Below, piece by piece: positions 1-13,214 of a stretch of 64,000 bases of DNA; the first letter of the stretch is position 1, and the number at the start of each line of letters is the position of its first letter. The position numbers and the translations under genes were made by a program. Below the pieces are notes generated by a model. It searched no databases, was not told the origin of the DNA, and was given only the letters and a program-made list of their open reading frames with translations. The stretch comes from Octopus bimaculoides (taxonomy: Eukaryota): the NCBI RefSeq assembly GCF_001194135.2, contig NC_068985.1:91969420-92033419 (forward strand), in the 5' to 3' direction.

Positions 1-527
1 AATGTAACAAAGAAAGTCAGTCATCATGAATTAATTTGAACATGAAATATTTCGACTTTAACTCTTACTCTCCCATGGTCGATAAAAGAAGTTCAAGATG
101 GCTATTGGATTCATATAATAGACTTGTTCCTCAACCATTTGTACTTCTGCGCCATTTTGTAGAAGTCGTTATAGAGAAATCAAATAAAGTTACATTTATA
201 TCAAGCATTTGTTACGTACCGTCTCAGAAAATTTAGACACGGCTAGAAATATGTTATGCTAATATTGTTCATATATCTAGGAGATTAGTGTACTTAATAT
301 CTTAATATTGTGTGAGAAATTACTGTCGTCTGTTTATGATTTCTGTGTGTATGTTTAGGTTGTTTTTAATATTCTCTTTATGGCTAGTTTCGTTTATGCT
401 GTCGTTCATATTCTCGCAGTCAATATTGTTCCGTTTATGATAAATGTTGTTTAAGTTGTTATATTTGTAGTTTATATTCTGGGATATTTAATAATCTGAT
501 TATGATTGATAGAACTGATATTAAGTT

Positions 528-531
528 GCGG

Positions 532-563
<32 letters not shown>

Positions 564-725
564 TGTTGCTTCTGATGATGATGACGATGATGACTGTTCA
601 CGATGACGAGGAGGATAAACACCACGCTCACAATTCTCCTCCTCCACCGCCTCCTCCTCCTCCCCCTCCTCCTCCTCCTCCCCCTCCTCATCATGATCAT
701 CATCATTATTGTCATCATCGTCGTC
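528..725. repeat. Compound trinucleotide microsatellite (GTT, GAT, CCT, CAT)
   Basis: Direct reading. Confidence 0.95.
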
Positions 726-988
726 GTATATCACGTCTAGCTTTAGGCTCAATTGGTGATAAGAAACTCTCAAGAGCTGAACAGGAAAATGTCTTCGGTA
801 AAGAAACCCCGCTCAGGCAAGTTTTTCGGCCTTTAACTTCTTACGCTTTAAGGCTGCTGGGCCGCATCCAGAACATTCTGCTAACACTTTCAAACTCTTG
901 GATATCGGAAATTCGTGGATTTAAACCGCATCTACTTGTATCTCTTCTCTTTTGACTCAGCTTTCAAACTTATACATAAGTAAATATT

Positions 989-1197
989 CCTTCCTGCTAT
1001 AAGCACAAGGCCTGACATTTTGAGGGGAGTGGTTAAGTCGATTACATCGTCTCCAGTACTCAACTGGTACTTGTTTTATCGACCCCGATATCATCAAAGG
1101 TAAAGATGACTACGGCGGAATTTGAACTCAGAACGTAGCCACGGGCAAAATACAGCAAAGGATCTCGCCCGGCGTGCTTACGATTCTGCCAGCTCAC
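989..1197 (-). mobile_element. Family 1 SINE monomer
   Basis: Reverse complement contains the head, B-box and core. Confidence 0.8.
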
Positions 1198-2239
1198 TTT
1201 ATACTTAAATAAATAATGTTGGTTGTCATGGTAGCAGTAAAACAACAAAGTTATCAGAATGACTCATTCAGAGTTACTTCCCTTACTGTTAAAACACAGA
1301 GATAGCTATGATCTCCTGCAAGTACCATTCTCGACTTGTTTTAGTTCTTCCTATTTGCTGCGCAAAGTATATTTAGGACCAGAACAATGAATGTGCTAAC
1401 TTTTTCTAAAACATCCTGCACGGACCTAAACCATATTTAAGAAGTAATATGATTCAGGTTTTAAGAGACCACGTACAATATCTACCCTACCACTGGTTGA
1501 AAATATGCAAGAATTCATGAAGTCTATGTTTTGTTATAATTTATTCCTTTAACGTTTGTGCTGTTTTTAGGGATGTAATTTTTGTGTGTTTACTTTATCT
1601 TAGATTGAGGTGGAAAAATCACTAGATGTCTACAATATATCAACCAGGTGGGCCATGCGGCGCTTGAACCCAGAATGCAAAGGGATGGAACAAATACCAC
1701 AGGGCATCTAGTTCGACATTCTTACACTTTCGCTAATCTACGTACAATTAATTGTGTTCTCACCGTAACTGACGAACATGAATAACATGGTTGGTGAGAG
1801 ATGCAAATGCAGAAAAGTCGGACTACCGCAGTGGATGAAGTATAAAACCAGACCGTACCGAAGAATAGAGGCCGTAATAGTAGCGACGGAAAAGACAGAT
1901 AAGGGAGAAAGCACGCCTGTAGCCAAAAGCTGGTTTGTATTTATTAGTAACTGGATGATAATTAGTTCATTGGGTCTTCTCTGGGGTAATGTACAGGATA
2001 TCCTTGAGCATAGGAGTGTCACTATCAAAGCTTTGAGAGCAGAACTCGATTGTGGGTCTCACTTGAACCTTATGGAATTTCAGTAACTTTTAGGATTTAA
2101 AATATTTTCTGGCACTGAAGAAATGGACCAGTCATTTCCATGCGGTGATAAGGTTGGGCTTTCACCAGGACAGGTACCGGATTTTAGGAATGTCAGGCAT
2201 TAGGAGTAATCATGAGGGCTCTAATTGACCGTAGCACAC

Positions 2240-2715
2240 ATTGTCACATGTGGTGTTGTTTATGTTTTATTCACATGTATTGCGGTTAATGTTGCGTTCA
2301 CGTGTAATGTTCTTTCATGTGGTGCTTTCATGCGGTGCTTTCATGCGGTGCTTTGTTCACGATTAATGATAACTGTCGTTCACAGGAACGGTTGCTATTG
2401 TTTTTTGGTGTTTTTCATATGTGGCAATGCTAGTGTTTAGTTCTCTTGCAGTAGTTTAAATTTTTCTTTTCATATGTAGAGTTAATAATAATTGGTTCAC
2501 ATGTAGTGTTGTCTTTCTTTACATGTAATTTTACTTATCTTTTTCTTCATATGTAGTGTTGCTTAAATTTGGTCCACAAGCAGGTTTGTTAATATTTTGC
2601 TAAAATTTAATGTTGATGATATTTTGCGCCCATGTAGCGTTTTTAAAGTTTCTCTACATGTATGACTGTTAATGTTCTGTTTACTTTAAATCTTGCCAAT
2701 ACTCTCTTTTCATGC
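2240..2715. repeat. Degenerate minisatellite anchored on TTCA(C/T)ATGT(A/G)G
   Basis: About 15 recurrences, mostly at roughly 25-30 nt spacing. Confidence 0.6.
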
Positions 2716-3882
2716 AAATGTTTTTATGTTTACCATTCTCAATATACTGTGGTTTATGGTATGTGCTTGATTAATATTAATGATATTGATAAACATACTA
2801 TATACAATAATATATTATTGATAATATTATATTTCTTTCGTGTGGTAATTAATATTCTTTAAAAGTGTTCTGTTATTAAGTCTGAAATTTAAAAAAAGAA
2901 ATACGCTGTAATGTAAGAGGTACCCAGCAGATTAATGGATTTTTGTTGAAGATTGTTCAAGATTTTGGATCTTTAATATTACTGAAAATGTTAGCAACTG
3001 AAGCAACTGAAGGGGTAAACAAACACCTTCTTACACTAGAGGTTGATGCTTCAGAACGGAATGAGATGACTTGGCGCAGCCGATTGGGCATTCTGTTTTG
3101 GCATTGGGCATTCTGTTTGTGATGTTTAACACTGGAGATAAACACACATGAGAGAAAGAGTGTAACAAAGAAAGAGATTGTATATACACATCCAGGTATA
3201 TACACATACAGATAGAAAGAGTGAGTGAGAGAGAGAGAGAGAGTGAGTGAGAGAGAGAGAGAGAGATTACAAGTTATTCATTGCACCCGAATAACATAAA
3301 TATATTCCTTCTCATAAGCATAAAAAGNNNNNNNNNNNNNNNNNNNNNNNNNNNNNNNNNNNNNNNNNNNNNNNNNNNNNNNNNNNNNNNNNNNNNNNNN
3401 NNNNNNNNNNNNNNNNNNNNNNNNNNNNNNNNNNNNNNNNNNNNNNNNNNNNNNNNNNNNNNNNNNNNNNNNNNNNNNNNNNNNNNNNNNNNNNNNNNNN
3501 NNNNNNNNNNNNNNNNNNNNNNNNNNNNNNNNNNNNNNNNNNNNNNNNNNNNNNNNNNNNNNNNNNNNNNNNNNNNNNNNNNNNNNNNNNNNNNNNNNNN
3601 NNNNNNNNNNNNNNNNNNNNNNNNNNNNNNNNNNNGAAACATTAAAATATTTGATATCACGTCAGCGTCGAATCAGCGATGCCGAAGCAGCTGCGCCAAA
3701 ACGTTCCATTCCCGCTAAAGAAATTGCTTTCAGTTCTATCATTTGGAAAGTTTTCACTTTGAATTACAGCCGCAATGTAGGCATTTATGGTTTAATGCAT
3801 CATGAATTTTTCTAACCTTCTACGAAAATATTTCTTCTTCAAAATTCTCAAAACGTTTAGATGTAGAGTTGTTCTTGTCCAC

Positions 3883-4129
3883 GGGCATATGGTGTAGTGG
3901 TTAAGAGCACGGTCTACTAACCCCAAGATTCCGAGTTCGAATCCAGGCAGTGATCTGAATAATAATAATAATAACACCAACATCGAAAAATATCCTAGGA
4001 ATGAGAACCCAGGTTCCAAATTTCCCCAAAACACCTGATGAAGCTTCGAGGGTATATCAGCCGAAACGCTGTGTTAACAACAAGCGTGAAAAGGACAAAT
4101 ATCCGTCAAATGTAAATAATGTAAATAAT
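3883..4129 (+). mobile_element. tRNA-headed SINE-like element with hammerhead-bearing tail (family H), copy 1
   Basis: A-box-like TGGTGTAGTGG and B-box GTTCGAATCC, then an (AAT)n linker and a tail containing CTGATGA...CAGCCGAAACG. Homologous copies at 44946-45140 and 53677-54005. Confidence 0.8.
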
Positions 4130-6029
4130 TGCTTTTGTTTGTTTATTTTTTAACCCGGATCAACTATGCTCAGAAACTGAATTCCATTTCTATCACACTT
4201 ATTTCTTCCACAATGCATCTCCCCGTCTTAAGATAGCTATTATTTCTAGCAAGTCGTGCAGCTGTATGCGGATTTTAAGATTGCTTCGATGGTGGTGGGG
4301 ATTTGTATGTGTTGAAATTAATATGAAACATGTAAATATCATGAAGCTGAGTTCATAAAGCATTGCTGTAAAGGCACGTGGCCAAGTAGTCAGTGCTTTG
4401 CACTTCGGATCACAAGATCGTGGTTTCGATTCCCGAACTAGGCGCTGCGTTGTGTTTTTAAGCCAAATATTTCATTCCATGTTGCTTGGCAATCACTCAG
4501 ACATCTAAAGAGTGGCACACCGTGCCGCTCTACTGTCAGTGTAGCATCGATGCAGGCAGTATGCTATTGTGCAAGACAGACATTTGATCATTATAAACAA
4601 TTCATGTGTACAGGCATAAGTTACTCAGCGGGAAATAGCTGAACACGGAGTTGGTGTTTAAGACCAAAGTATAGTAATTGTGGCTGTCTTGTAGTTATTT
4701 GGTACAATTCAGTTGAAAGCAAGCAGAACCGTATCCTTCCAGATATGACCAACCTCCAATTTTGTGTAATACAGACTACATTTCCTTATATGTCTCTCTC
4801 TCTCTTTACAAGACAAAATCGGTAAAATGATTTAAGTCACATTTAGTTGCTATTTCCAGCAGGTTTAGCAACCGCATAGAGACTTTCGTCTAACTATACA
4901 CAAAACTCAGTGTTGTTTAAGAGAAGCTTACTTTTGAGACCTTGGGGGATATTATTAAACGACAAAATTTCACAGCGTTTAACACGAAGTTAGTGAAGAA
5001 AAACCACCGTTAGCTGGTACAGTTAAAAACCCTTATATTTTATATTGTTACTTTCATGATGACGGCTTTTAAACATTTTGATTTCAATAGAAATATTAGT
5101 GCTGTATAAATCAATATTTATAAATACATCCGTCTATTTTTATGAGTAGATTATATTACATCCACTCAAGATACATCCATCATTTACATATTGTTAAATG
5201 ACATCTGTGACATTTTTCATTCTCATGTAGATCGATAAATAGTGCCAATCAATCTAGTTCTAGCATTAAATGGTTCATTTGTTATCTTCATCTTTTTCTA
5301 CCACTTCAGAAATATTAAGTTGAATTACTTTCTCTGAGGGCGAAGACGTTGGATCATTCCTCCTAGGAGATCCTTTATTTTATATAAGAATTAATATATT
5401 AAAAATACCCCTCACAAAACTAGAGAAATAAATATATATATGGAGATATTATACGAGAAAGAGCCAATGATAATTCGGGCGTAACACTGAAACCGGATCT
5501 ACTGAAATATGACCTGTCAAGATTATAGGTTTTGGACTTTTGCATCGTTATTGTTGCCATTGCTACTGATGTTACCCCTACTACTCTCGTTGTTGCTGTT
5601 GTTATATTTCTTCATGTTTTTCTTCATTTTGTTGCTGGTTTTCTTGTTGTTGCTAATACTATAAACCGTTTCATGGAACAAAGATGTAGGATATATTGAA
5701 GCTTAACACCATTGAAATAATTGTATAGTATTTATTTTTGGTTTCATTTTTAATACAAGGAGCTTTATTTAGCGTAGTTTTAAAACCTGGAATGGATCCA
5801 ATATTTTCATACTTTGAGTGAATTCTTCCCTTTAGGTTGATATTTATCTCTCTAAATATTCCAAATATATCTATATTAACTATTTCGTTTGATAGATTAC
5901 ATACTATACTAACCTATCCTTCGATTTAACATCACCAAGAATATAAGAACATTGCCAGGTTGACGCTGCTGGTTATGGGTAAACATTTATCGACCCAGGT
6001 CCCCAGTTCAACACCATATTCATTTCTCG

Positions 6030-6150
6030 GGAGCAATGTTACAATAACAATTCCTAAAGGACATTACAACTATAATAATTTCTAGGGGCAATGCTAAAAT
6101 AATAATTTCTAAGGAACAATGCTACAAATTCCTTTGATGCAATGTAATAG
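6030..6150. repeat. Degenerate ~28-bp minisatellite
   Basis: GCAATG(C/T)TA..AT..AATT(C/T)CTA recurs about 4 times. Confidence 0.55.
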
Positions 6151-6994
6151 ATCACAAGGAAACATGTTTCCTTTCTCTTCGTGGACCAGCTGATATTTCA
6201 TCAATTTCGGAAGGATGGAAGGTAAATTCGCCCCGATGGGATTTCAAGTCCAGCCGTACAGGCGTATTTTAATACTATAAAACATCTGAGAAAACCAATT
6301 AACCTTTAATAAACACAATATAAAAAGAGTGAATGGTCCTTAAAGTGTCCTATTTCATTTAATGTAGATGAAACATCACCAAATCATATCAGAAAGTGTC
6401 CTAAGTTTTTAGAAAATAACAATAATCTGGCGAGTAATATATTGGTTTACTTGTGTATTGTTATTGCATTTGGCTACAAACAGTAATGGGTCACAAATAT
6501 TCATATCAAGCGTTGATTGGTTACCAGTAATGAAAGTAAGGGATCGTAAGTTATAGTAATACCAAATTAATAATGATTTCTCAAACAAAAGCAATGACAA
6601 ATAAGAAGGAGCAAACTGCGTCAATTATTCCATGATTGAAAGATAATTGCGTTGCATGACTGCTTGCAACAGAGCTAAATGTCAGCAATAAGTAACAGGC
6701 ACCAATGTTCTAGCGGTCTTAGCGCAAAGAATAATAGGCTTCAAACCTATAGATCCTAGTGCAAATGATAAGGTTCCAGGCATCTATATTCTAGGAATCA
6801 GAGTGCAAATAATATGGCAGTAGAAATCAATACTTTGGCGAACCTTGATAGAGTAATTACGTAATATCTAAAAACTTTCCTGACGATCGTCTTTGTAATC
6901 CAGAAAAAATATCATAACCATTGGTCCAACCGCCTGGCCTTGAAGATGGACCAGACAAGGAGACACAGACAGAAAGACATAACGTCCATTATAT

Positions 6995-7063
6995 ATCAAA
7001 TCTGCTCATCTACGAGGTATCAAATCTGCCCATCTACGAGGTATCAAATCTGCTCATCTACGA
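6995..7063. repeat. 24-bp tandem repeat, about 3 copies
   Basis: ATCAAATCTGCTCATCTACGAGGT repeated with no spacers. Confidence 0.95.
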
Positions 7064-7339
7064 TGGGAAATAAAGGGATTGTATCGCAAATCTAAACCCC
7101 TAAATTCACGAACTATACGGTGGGAAGATCTAAAATTAATCCTCGTCACCAGAATTTTAACAAACAAAACGAAGGTGATCTATTAATACAAAACTCAATA
7201 TCCATTAAATAATCATACTTTTTCACATTTTTGTTTCGCCAAAAGCATTCCTGATTACCTCTGTCGTAATCCCGAAAAACATCGTGACCATTTGTCCAGC
7301 CGTTTGACCTTGAAGAGGGACATAACGCCCATTATAGTA

Positions 7340-7468
<129 letters not shown>

Positions 7469-7509
7469 AGGCGGCGAGGAGGACGACAAGGTATTTTGCT
7501 GTACTATAT

Positions 7510-7900
7510 GATAATAAATTGGACAGCAAAGAAATGGTAAATAGAGAAATATCAAGAACTTGTCAGAGAGAAATGAAGTGATTGTGGAAGACAAACATGA
7601 GAATTGTTCCTATGGTATTTGCTCAAACTGTGAAGAAAAAAATCTACATTCAATTAATTTTTTAAAAGACAACAGAGATAAGAAGGACAGCTGGTTTTAG
7701 TTAAAGAACAGAGTACTGAATGAGTACCTTACCAAAAAGCAGCAAGAGAAAAGAACCGAAAGGTTAAATGGATTAAGAGAATGTTTGTTCACTTAAATAT
7801 TGAGGGCACAACCATAGATAAAAGCATACATCTAAGAGTGCTCCCAGCTAATGCAAAATGAATACAAAGCTCCAGCATGGTGGCTGCAGTCTAAGATGCG
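7510..7900 (+). mobile_element. Highly decayed RLE-type LINE fragment
   Basis: IEKYQELVRE / K*LWKTNMRIVPMV resembles the RLE C-terminus, and ECSQLMQNEYK resembles the post-knuckle segment. Confidence 0.4.
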
Positions 7901-8719
7901 TGATGTATGAAAGAATGAAAGAAAAGCATTGGTTTACTGCAATAACCCTCAGGAATTGTTGCAAGATGTCTGGTTTTAGATGCCAAGAATAGAGCTATGT
8001 AACATTTTATGGGGGAAAATGTAAGCATTCAAAAACGATGAAATCAGATTTTATAGGACTTCTTTTGCAAGCCGAAAGGCGAATAGAATATGAGAATTTT
8101 AATGGCATTAATTCTTGATAAGAAGAAACATTCTAGAAATTGGGGTGATATAAATGTTTGATGCCAAAACTCAAGAAAACGGGGNNNNNNNNNNNNNNNN
8201 NNNNNNNNNNNNNNNNNNNNNNNNNNNNNNNNNNNNNNNNNNNNNNNNNNNNNNNNNNNNNNNNNNNNNNNNNNNNNNNNNNNNNNNNNNNNNNNNNNNN
8301 NNNNNNNNNNNNNNNNNNNNNNNNNNNNNNNNNNNNNNNNNNNNNNNNNNNNNNNNNNNNNNNNNNNNNNNNNNNNNNNNNNNNNNNNNNNNNNNNNNNN
8401 NNNNNNNNNNNNNNNNNNNNNATATATATATATATATAAGGATTTACCTTTCGAAATGAGATAAAAGAGCAAGGCTGTGTATAATATAGAACATTTATAA
8501 ATAGAATGCCATACAGCTGTTTCCAGGATATTTATTATATCGCTTCATCGGAGACGGTGTGAGAGGATGGTTAAGTAATAGTTAATTTCGATAAGATAGG
8601 AAATAAAGACTGAATGCAGGGATATTGTATTTGTAAATCCATTGTTTAGGCAGAATGGTATACATATAAGATTCCAATACCTTGTGAGTAAAATCCAATT
8701 GTTTTAAAATTGGTCGTTG

Positions 8720-9050
8720 CCTTTGTAAATACTTTGTCTTTCATCCTTTCGGGGTCGATAAATTAAGTACCAGTTACGCACTGGGGTCGATGTAATCGAC
8801 TTCATCCCTCTGTCTGTCCATGTTTGTCCCCTCTATGTTTATCCTCCTGTGGGCAATAAAGAAATAAGAAACGTTAGCACGTCGGTTGAAATGGTTAGCC
8901 GTATTTCGTCTGTTGTTATGTTCAGAGTTCAAATTCCACCGAGGTCGACTTCACCTTTCAACTTCTCAGGGTCGATAAATTAAGTACCAGTTGCGTACTG
9001 GGGTAAATATAATCTACTGCCACCCCCTCGCCCAAAATTTCACGCTAGGA
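8720..9050 (+). mobile_element. Family 1 SINE dimer, 5'-truncated
   Basis: Core, linker GTGGGCAATAAAGAAATAAGAAACGTTAGC, then a second monomer. Confidence 0.85.
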
Positions 9051-9067
9051 AGGATAATTTTTATTGT

Positions 9068-9298
9068 TAGGGCAGCGAGCTGGCAGAAGCGTTAGCGTGC
9101 CGGACAAAATGCTTTCTGGCATTCCGTTCGCCTTTAAGTTCTGAGTTCAAATTCCGCCGAGGTTGCCTTTGTTTTTCATCCTTTCCGGGTCAATGAAATA
9201 AGTACCAGCTGCGCACTGGGGTTGATGTAATCAACTAGCCCCCTCCCACCAAAATTTCAGGCCTTGTGCCTTTAGTAGAAAGGATTATTATTATTACT
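9068..9298 (+). mobile_element. Family 1 SINE monomer with (ATT)n tail
   Basis: Full head to tail GCCTTGTGCCTTTAGTAGAAAGGATTATTATT, directly after the previous copy. Confidence 0.85.
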
Positions 9299-9412
9299 AG
9301 TTTGTCCACCGTTGTGGACGACAACCAAGGACATCACATGGGCGAAGATGATGCCACAGTGTGTCAGGCTATGGCCAATCCGCTCGATGCGTGCCGGAAG
9401 GCCCAACCGAAG

Positions 9413-9573
9413 CCTGGACACTGGCGATCTGTTGAGATCGAAGTTAATAAGCTGGCTCTGAACTTGCGTAGTTTGCGTTTATTTTGTGCCCCTGCAGTCC
9501 TTTTATGATCGCAGGAGATTGCACCTCTGTTGATACAACTTCACCAATTATGGCGGTCTTGTTTCTTACATGA
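9413..9573 (+). repeat. Duplicated exon-like unit, copy 1
   Basis: Homologous to 11206-11363, with shared TTTGTGCCCCTGCAG acceptor-like site. Confidence 0.7.
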
Positions 9574-10113
9574 AGTAATTGAAAAACATACAAGTCAAAT
9601 ATTGGAGATATTTAATAATCTGTGCATCCTGCCATTTTGGAAGTTGCATGTTGCTACATATAATTTATTCATCTTAAACATAACATGATATAATATATTT
9701 ATAAGATAACGTCATAATGTGGACTTCCTTTCCATTTAGCTTATGTTAGCTCGGAAAGGATCTTAGCAGTAAAAAATAAATAAGCTTTGTGCAAATTACT
9801 TCAGTAAACCTGTTCTGGAATCCGATTAATGCATATTTTCATATTTCTGTTCCACTTAGGATATAAAATCCTCTGGAAAAATCATAAATAGTATTTTTTT
9901 TTCCTGTGTATATAATCCTCGGTTTGATATTTTTTCTAAAAGTAATTGTCGAAGGAGTTTGGTCAATGGATTGCTGTTAGTGCAGACCTCAGGTGTATGA
10001 TAAACTCGAGTCTCTATAACATAACACACTGGTGCAATTTCAAATCCATTAACAATCTGTTTTTAATCCTATAATTGTGTATTTGTAAGAGCAAGAGAGT
10101 GAGTATCATAAAA

Positions 10114-10323
10114 GGCAAAGATTGTTTGCCAACATAACATGGCAGTCCTGGTTTAGGACGAATATTGCTGTAATTTAGCCTCGGGAAACATCGTCTCCAG
10201 CTGGCTATACAACACGATTTGTGTCCTTATATTTTTGAACAAGGGAATTAGCCTGGGGCTAAATTACAGCAATATTCGTCCTAAACCAGAACTGCCATGT
10301 TATGTTGGCAAACAATCTTTACT
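10114..10323. mobile_element. Fold-back MITE with ~68-bp TIRs
   Basis: AAAGATTGTTTGCCAACATAACATGGCAG...TTAGCC at the left, with a near-perfect reverse complement at the right. A solo TIR fragment lies at 29502-29530. Confidence 0.8.
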
Positions 10324-11205
10324 ACAAAGTACTGTTGTTGAATATCTCTCGTTGTGAGATTTGCAAATAGTAATTTTCTAATTGTAAAAGATGTATAAAA
10401 AAAATAAATAAACCTACCTACATCCGGTACGCTGTTTCGATTTTGGTTTGTGCCATCTTACTTATGCTTCCCAAAAACTTTAAGTTTGAACATCATGTTT
10501 GCCGTCAAAGTAAAAACAGTATGATGATGCTGTAGTCTTTGTTGTTGTTTTTGTTCTCGTGCAGAAGTTCAGCCCCGTTTCGAACAATTCTGTAGTCAAA
10601 GTCTTAGTGATCTCATTTTGTATGCGCGTGTGCATGTGTCTGTACGTGTGTGCGCGTGAGCACGTGTGGATTATTGTATTTCAAAGATGACAATATACAA
10701 TATGGCACTCGTTACGTTAGTAAGAAGTTCAGGTGTGATTTAATGGAGATTTCGCTGCTATTTCTAGTACAATGTCGTGGTAATTTGTGCACCACTAATC
10801 TTTTATCTGATACTCCAGTACACTATATGAGTCAGGTACATTCATAATTCACTTTAACTGCAATTTATATCCATATAATCTAAGTAAATTCCTCTGGGTT
10901 CCAAAAGTATCGAGAGAATGTCGGATCATCTAATTTACCACCACGGTTAGAAAGCATTAAATCATATTTCTTTAACTAGATAAAATTTTTGACTATACTT
11001 TACCTAGAAGTTGTATTTATTTATTTCCTGATGCTACTGACGGCTAAAATCTACGTGAAATGAAGTTTAGTATGGAAAATAAAACCTACTCTTTGTACTT
11101 TATAGAATAAAACTAACAGTTGAAAATAAGTCAAATATTGATACTAATTTAACTTATTTAGTTATAAGTATTTAAGGTATAAGAGGAAAGAGAAAAAAAA
11201 TTATT

Positions 11206-11363
11206 CCTGGACACAGTTGAGAAGGAACATGAAATTTCTCCCGGTTTGCGTTACTTTGTGCCCCTGCAGTCCATTTCTGATCGCAGGAGGTTGCACTTCT
11301 GTTGACGCAACTTCACCAATTATGGCAACATTTATTCCCGTTATGTATATTAACTTTTGCTGA
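11206..11363 (+). repeat. Duplicated exon-like unit, copy 2
   Basis: Homologous to 9413-9573. Confidence 0.7.
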
Positions 11364-11529
11364 GAGCAAGGAAAAGTTAATTGAGTTCCGATACGGAGAA
11401 TCCTTACTGACACACATTTGGGTATGGGACATAGGATTTTCGGACTGTGAAGCGAAGAATCGATAATCTCTTATATACAGCATCTCAAATGACGAACGAA
11501 AAAAAAACAGCTGCTAGAAATCACATTGT

Positions 11530-11566
11530 ATTTCTCTCTCTCACTCTGGTTCTCTCTCTCTCCTTG

Positions 11567-11604
<38 letters not shown>

Positions 11605-11686
11605 CCTCTTCCTCTCTATCTCTCTCTGTCTCTATTTTTCTCTCTGATGTTCACTGTCATTCATCGGTTGTCAACACCACAGATTC

Positions 11687-11777
<91 letters not shown>

Positions 11778-11797
11778 AGAGAGAGAGAGAGAGAGAG
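11530..11797. repeat. (TC)n and (GA)n tracts in inverted arrangement
   Basis: (TC)n at about 11530-11645 and (GA)n at about 11688-11797. Confidence 0.95.
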
Positions 11798-12882
11798 CTC
11801 TTCATTTATGCCAGCAGTTCTTAAAGAACCCTATACGATACAACCGAAATACCGTAGAAGCCATGGACATATTTTACGGACAAAACCTCATCACTACCAC
11901 TACCACCATTCTAATTTTACAGTTGCTGTTGTATAGGGAAAGTTACTGTTATTAGGAATGTAAAGACACTTGAAACATTCTTCCAGTCGAACTGTCTTTC
12001 ACTGTCCACCATGTGGTCATATAAACATGATGGACATTTACGAGGGCTTTATCTCATAAATTTAATCAGTTTATAAAAGCAGTGATGGCTGAAATATATG
12101 AATACATCTCGTAGTAAGATTTGGTTTGAGAAATAATCACCACTGGAAAATCAGTAACACAGGTAAGTTATCTTACGTAATAACCTCGCAGTGGCGAAGC
12201 ATATCTGATAGTTATATGCCTACATTTGAACGTCGAGCATGAGTGATTGTATGTATGTGTGTATCTGTTTCCGTGAGCGAATATGTGTCTTTTAAACAAG
12301 AACCAGACATAGGTGTCAGTTAAGCAAATATCTAAGTATTTAACGTAGGGAACATAAAGAATTTAACAAGAAATTGGTTAGCATCTTCAAGCTCATCAAA
12401 TGTAATATATTAGTACGCACATAACCTGTTTTCCATGCTGGAGACGTATCTCATTTATTTATTTCTTCCCTGTACAGTAAGTTAATGAGATGATTTTAAG
12501 CACTGCAATGCCACACTGTTTATGGAGTGAACATTAATGATGTGAGAAATCACACTTAGATTTTATTTACTTCCATTAATTTCACTTCATTGATATTATA
12601 TATTCGGAACGTAACTTGTCTTCTTCAACATTATATACCGAGCTTAGCTCATGCGGCTATATTTGTATTCACTGGGTGGTTTTGTATAACGATATACTTG
12701 TCTTCTGACATGCGAAAATAAGGTCAAAGCATACTGATAAACATACATGTGTGTGTGTGGGTCTGTTTGTAAGAAAGAGAATATACATATATGTAGTACA
12801 TACGACGTCCGATTCCCTTAGGCGATAGTACAAACTTTTCTGTGTTGTGATACACACACGTATATTTATATGTATATATATG

Positions 12883-12915
<33 letters not shown>

Positions 12916-12957
12916 NNNNNNNNNNNNNNNNNNNNNNNNNNNNNNNNNNNNNNNNNN

Positions 12958-13010
<53 letters not shown>

Positions 13011-13214
13011 GAGACAAAGAGACAGAGAGACAGAGAGAAATGCTATTTTAAATTTACTAAAGCTGTTTTGGTGGAATTTTATTGATGTCTTCATAGATTA
13101 CATCATATCATAATAATTCTGCCATTTACAGGTTAAACTTTTGAACATCTATAAACAGGCAGGTAAAACCTAGATGATGACCTATCCAACAAACAACATG
13201 ATGAATAAGTGAAT

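Noticed and set aside
748-798. Shared SRAEQ peptide between here (+) and about 18095-18115 (-)
   Set aside because: It rests on an 11-nt match, which is expected many times by chance in 64 kb, and the flanks do not align.
3883-3960. Genuine tRNA genes at SINE heads (also 39463 and 53827)
   Set aside because: A/B boxes are present, but no acceptor stem could be closed and each continues into a shared repeat body.
6995-7063. CRISPR-like repeat
   Set aside because: The units are contiguous with no spacers, there are no cas genes, and the context is eukaryotic.
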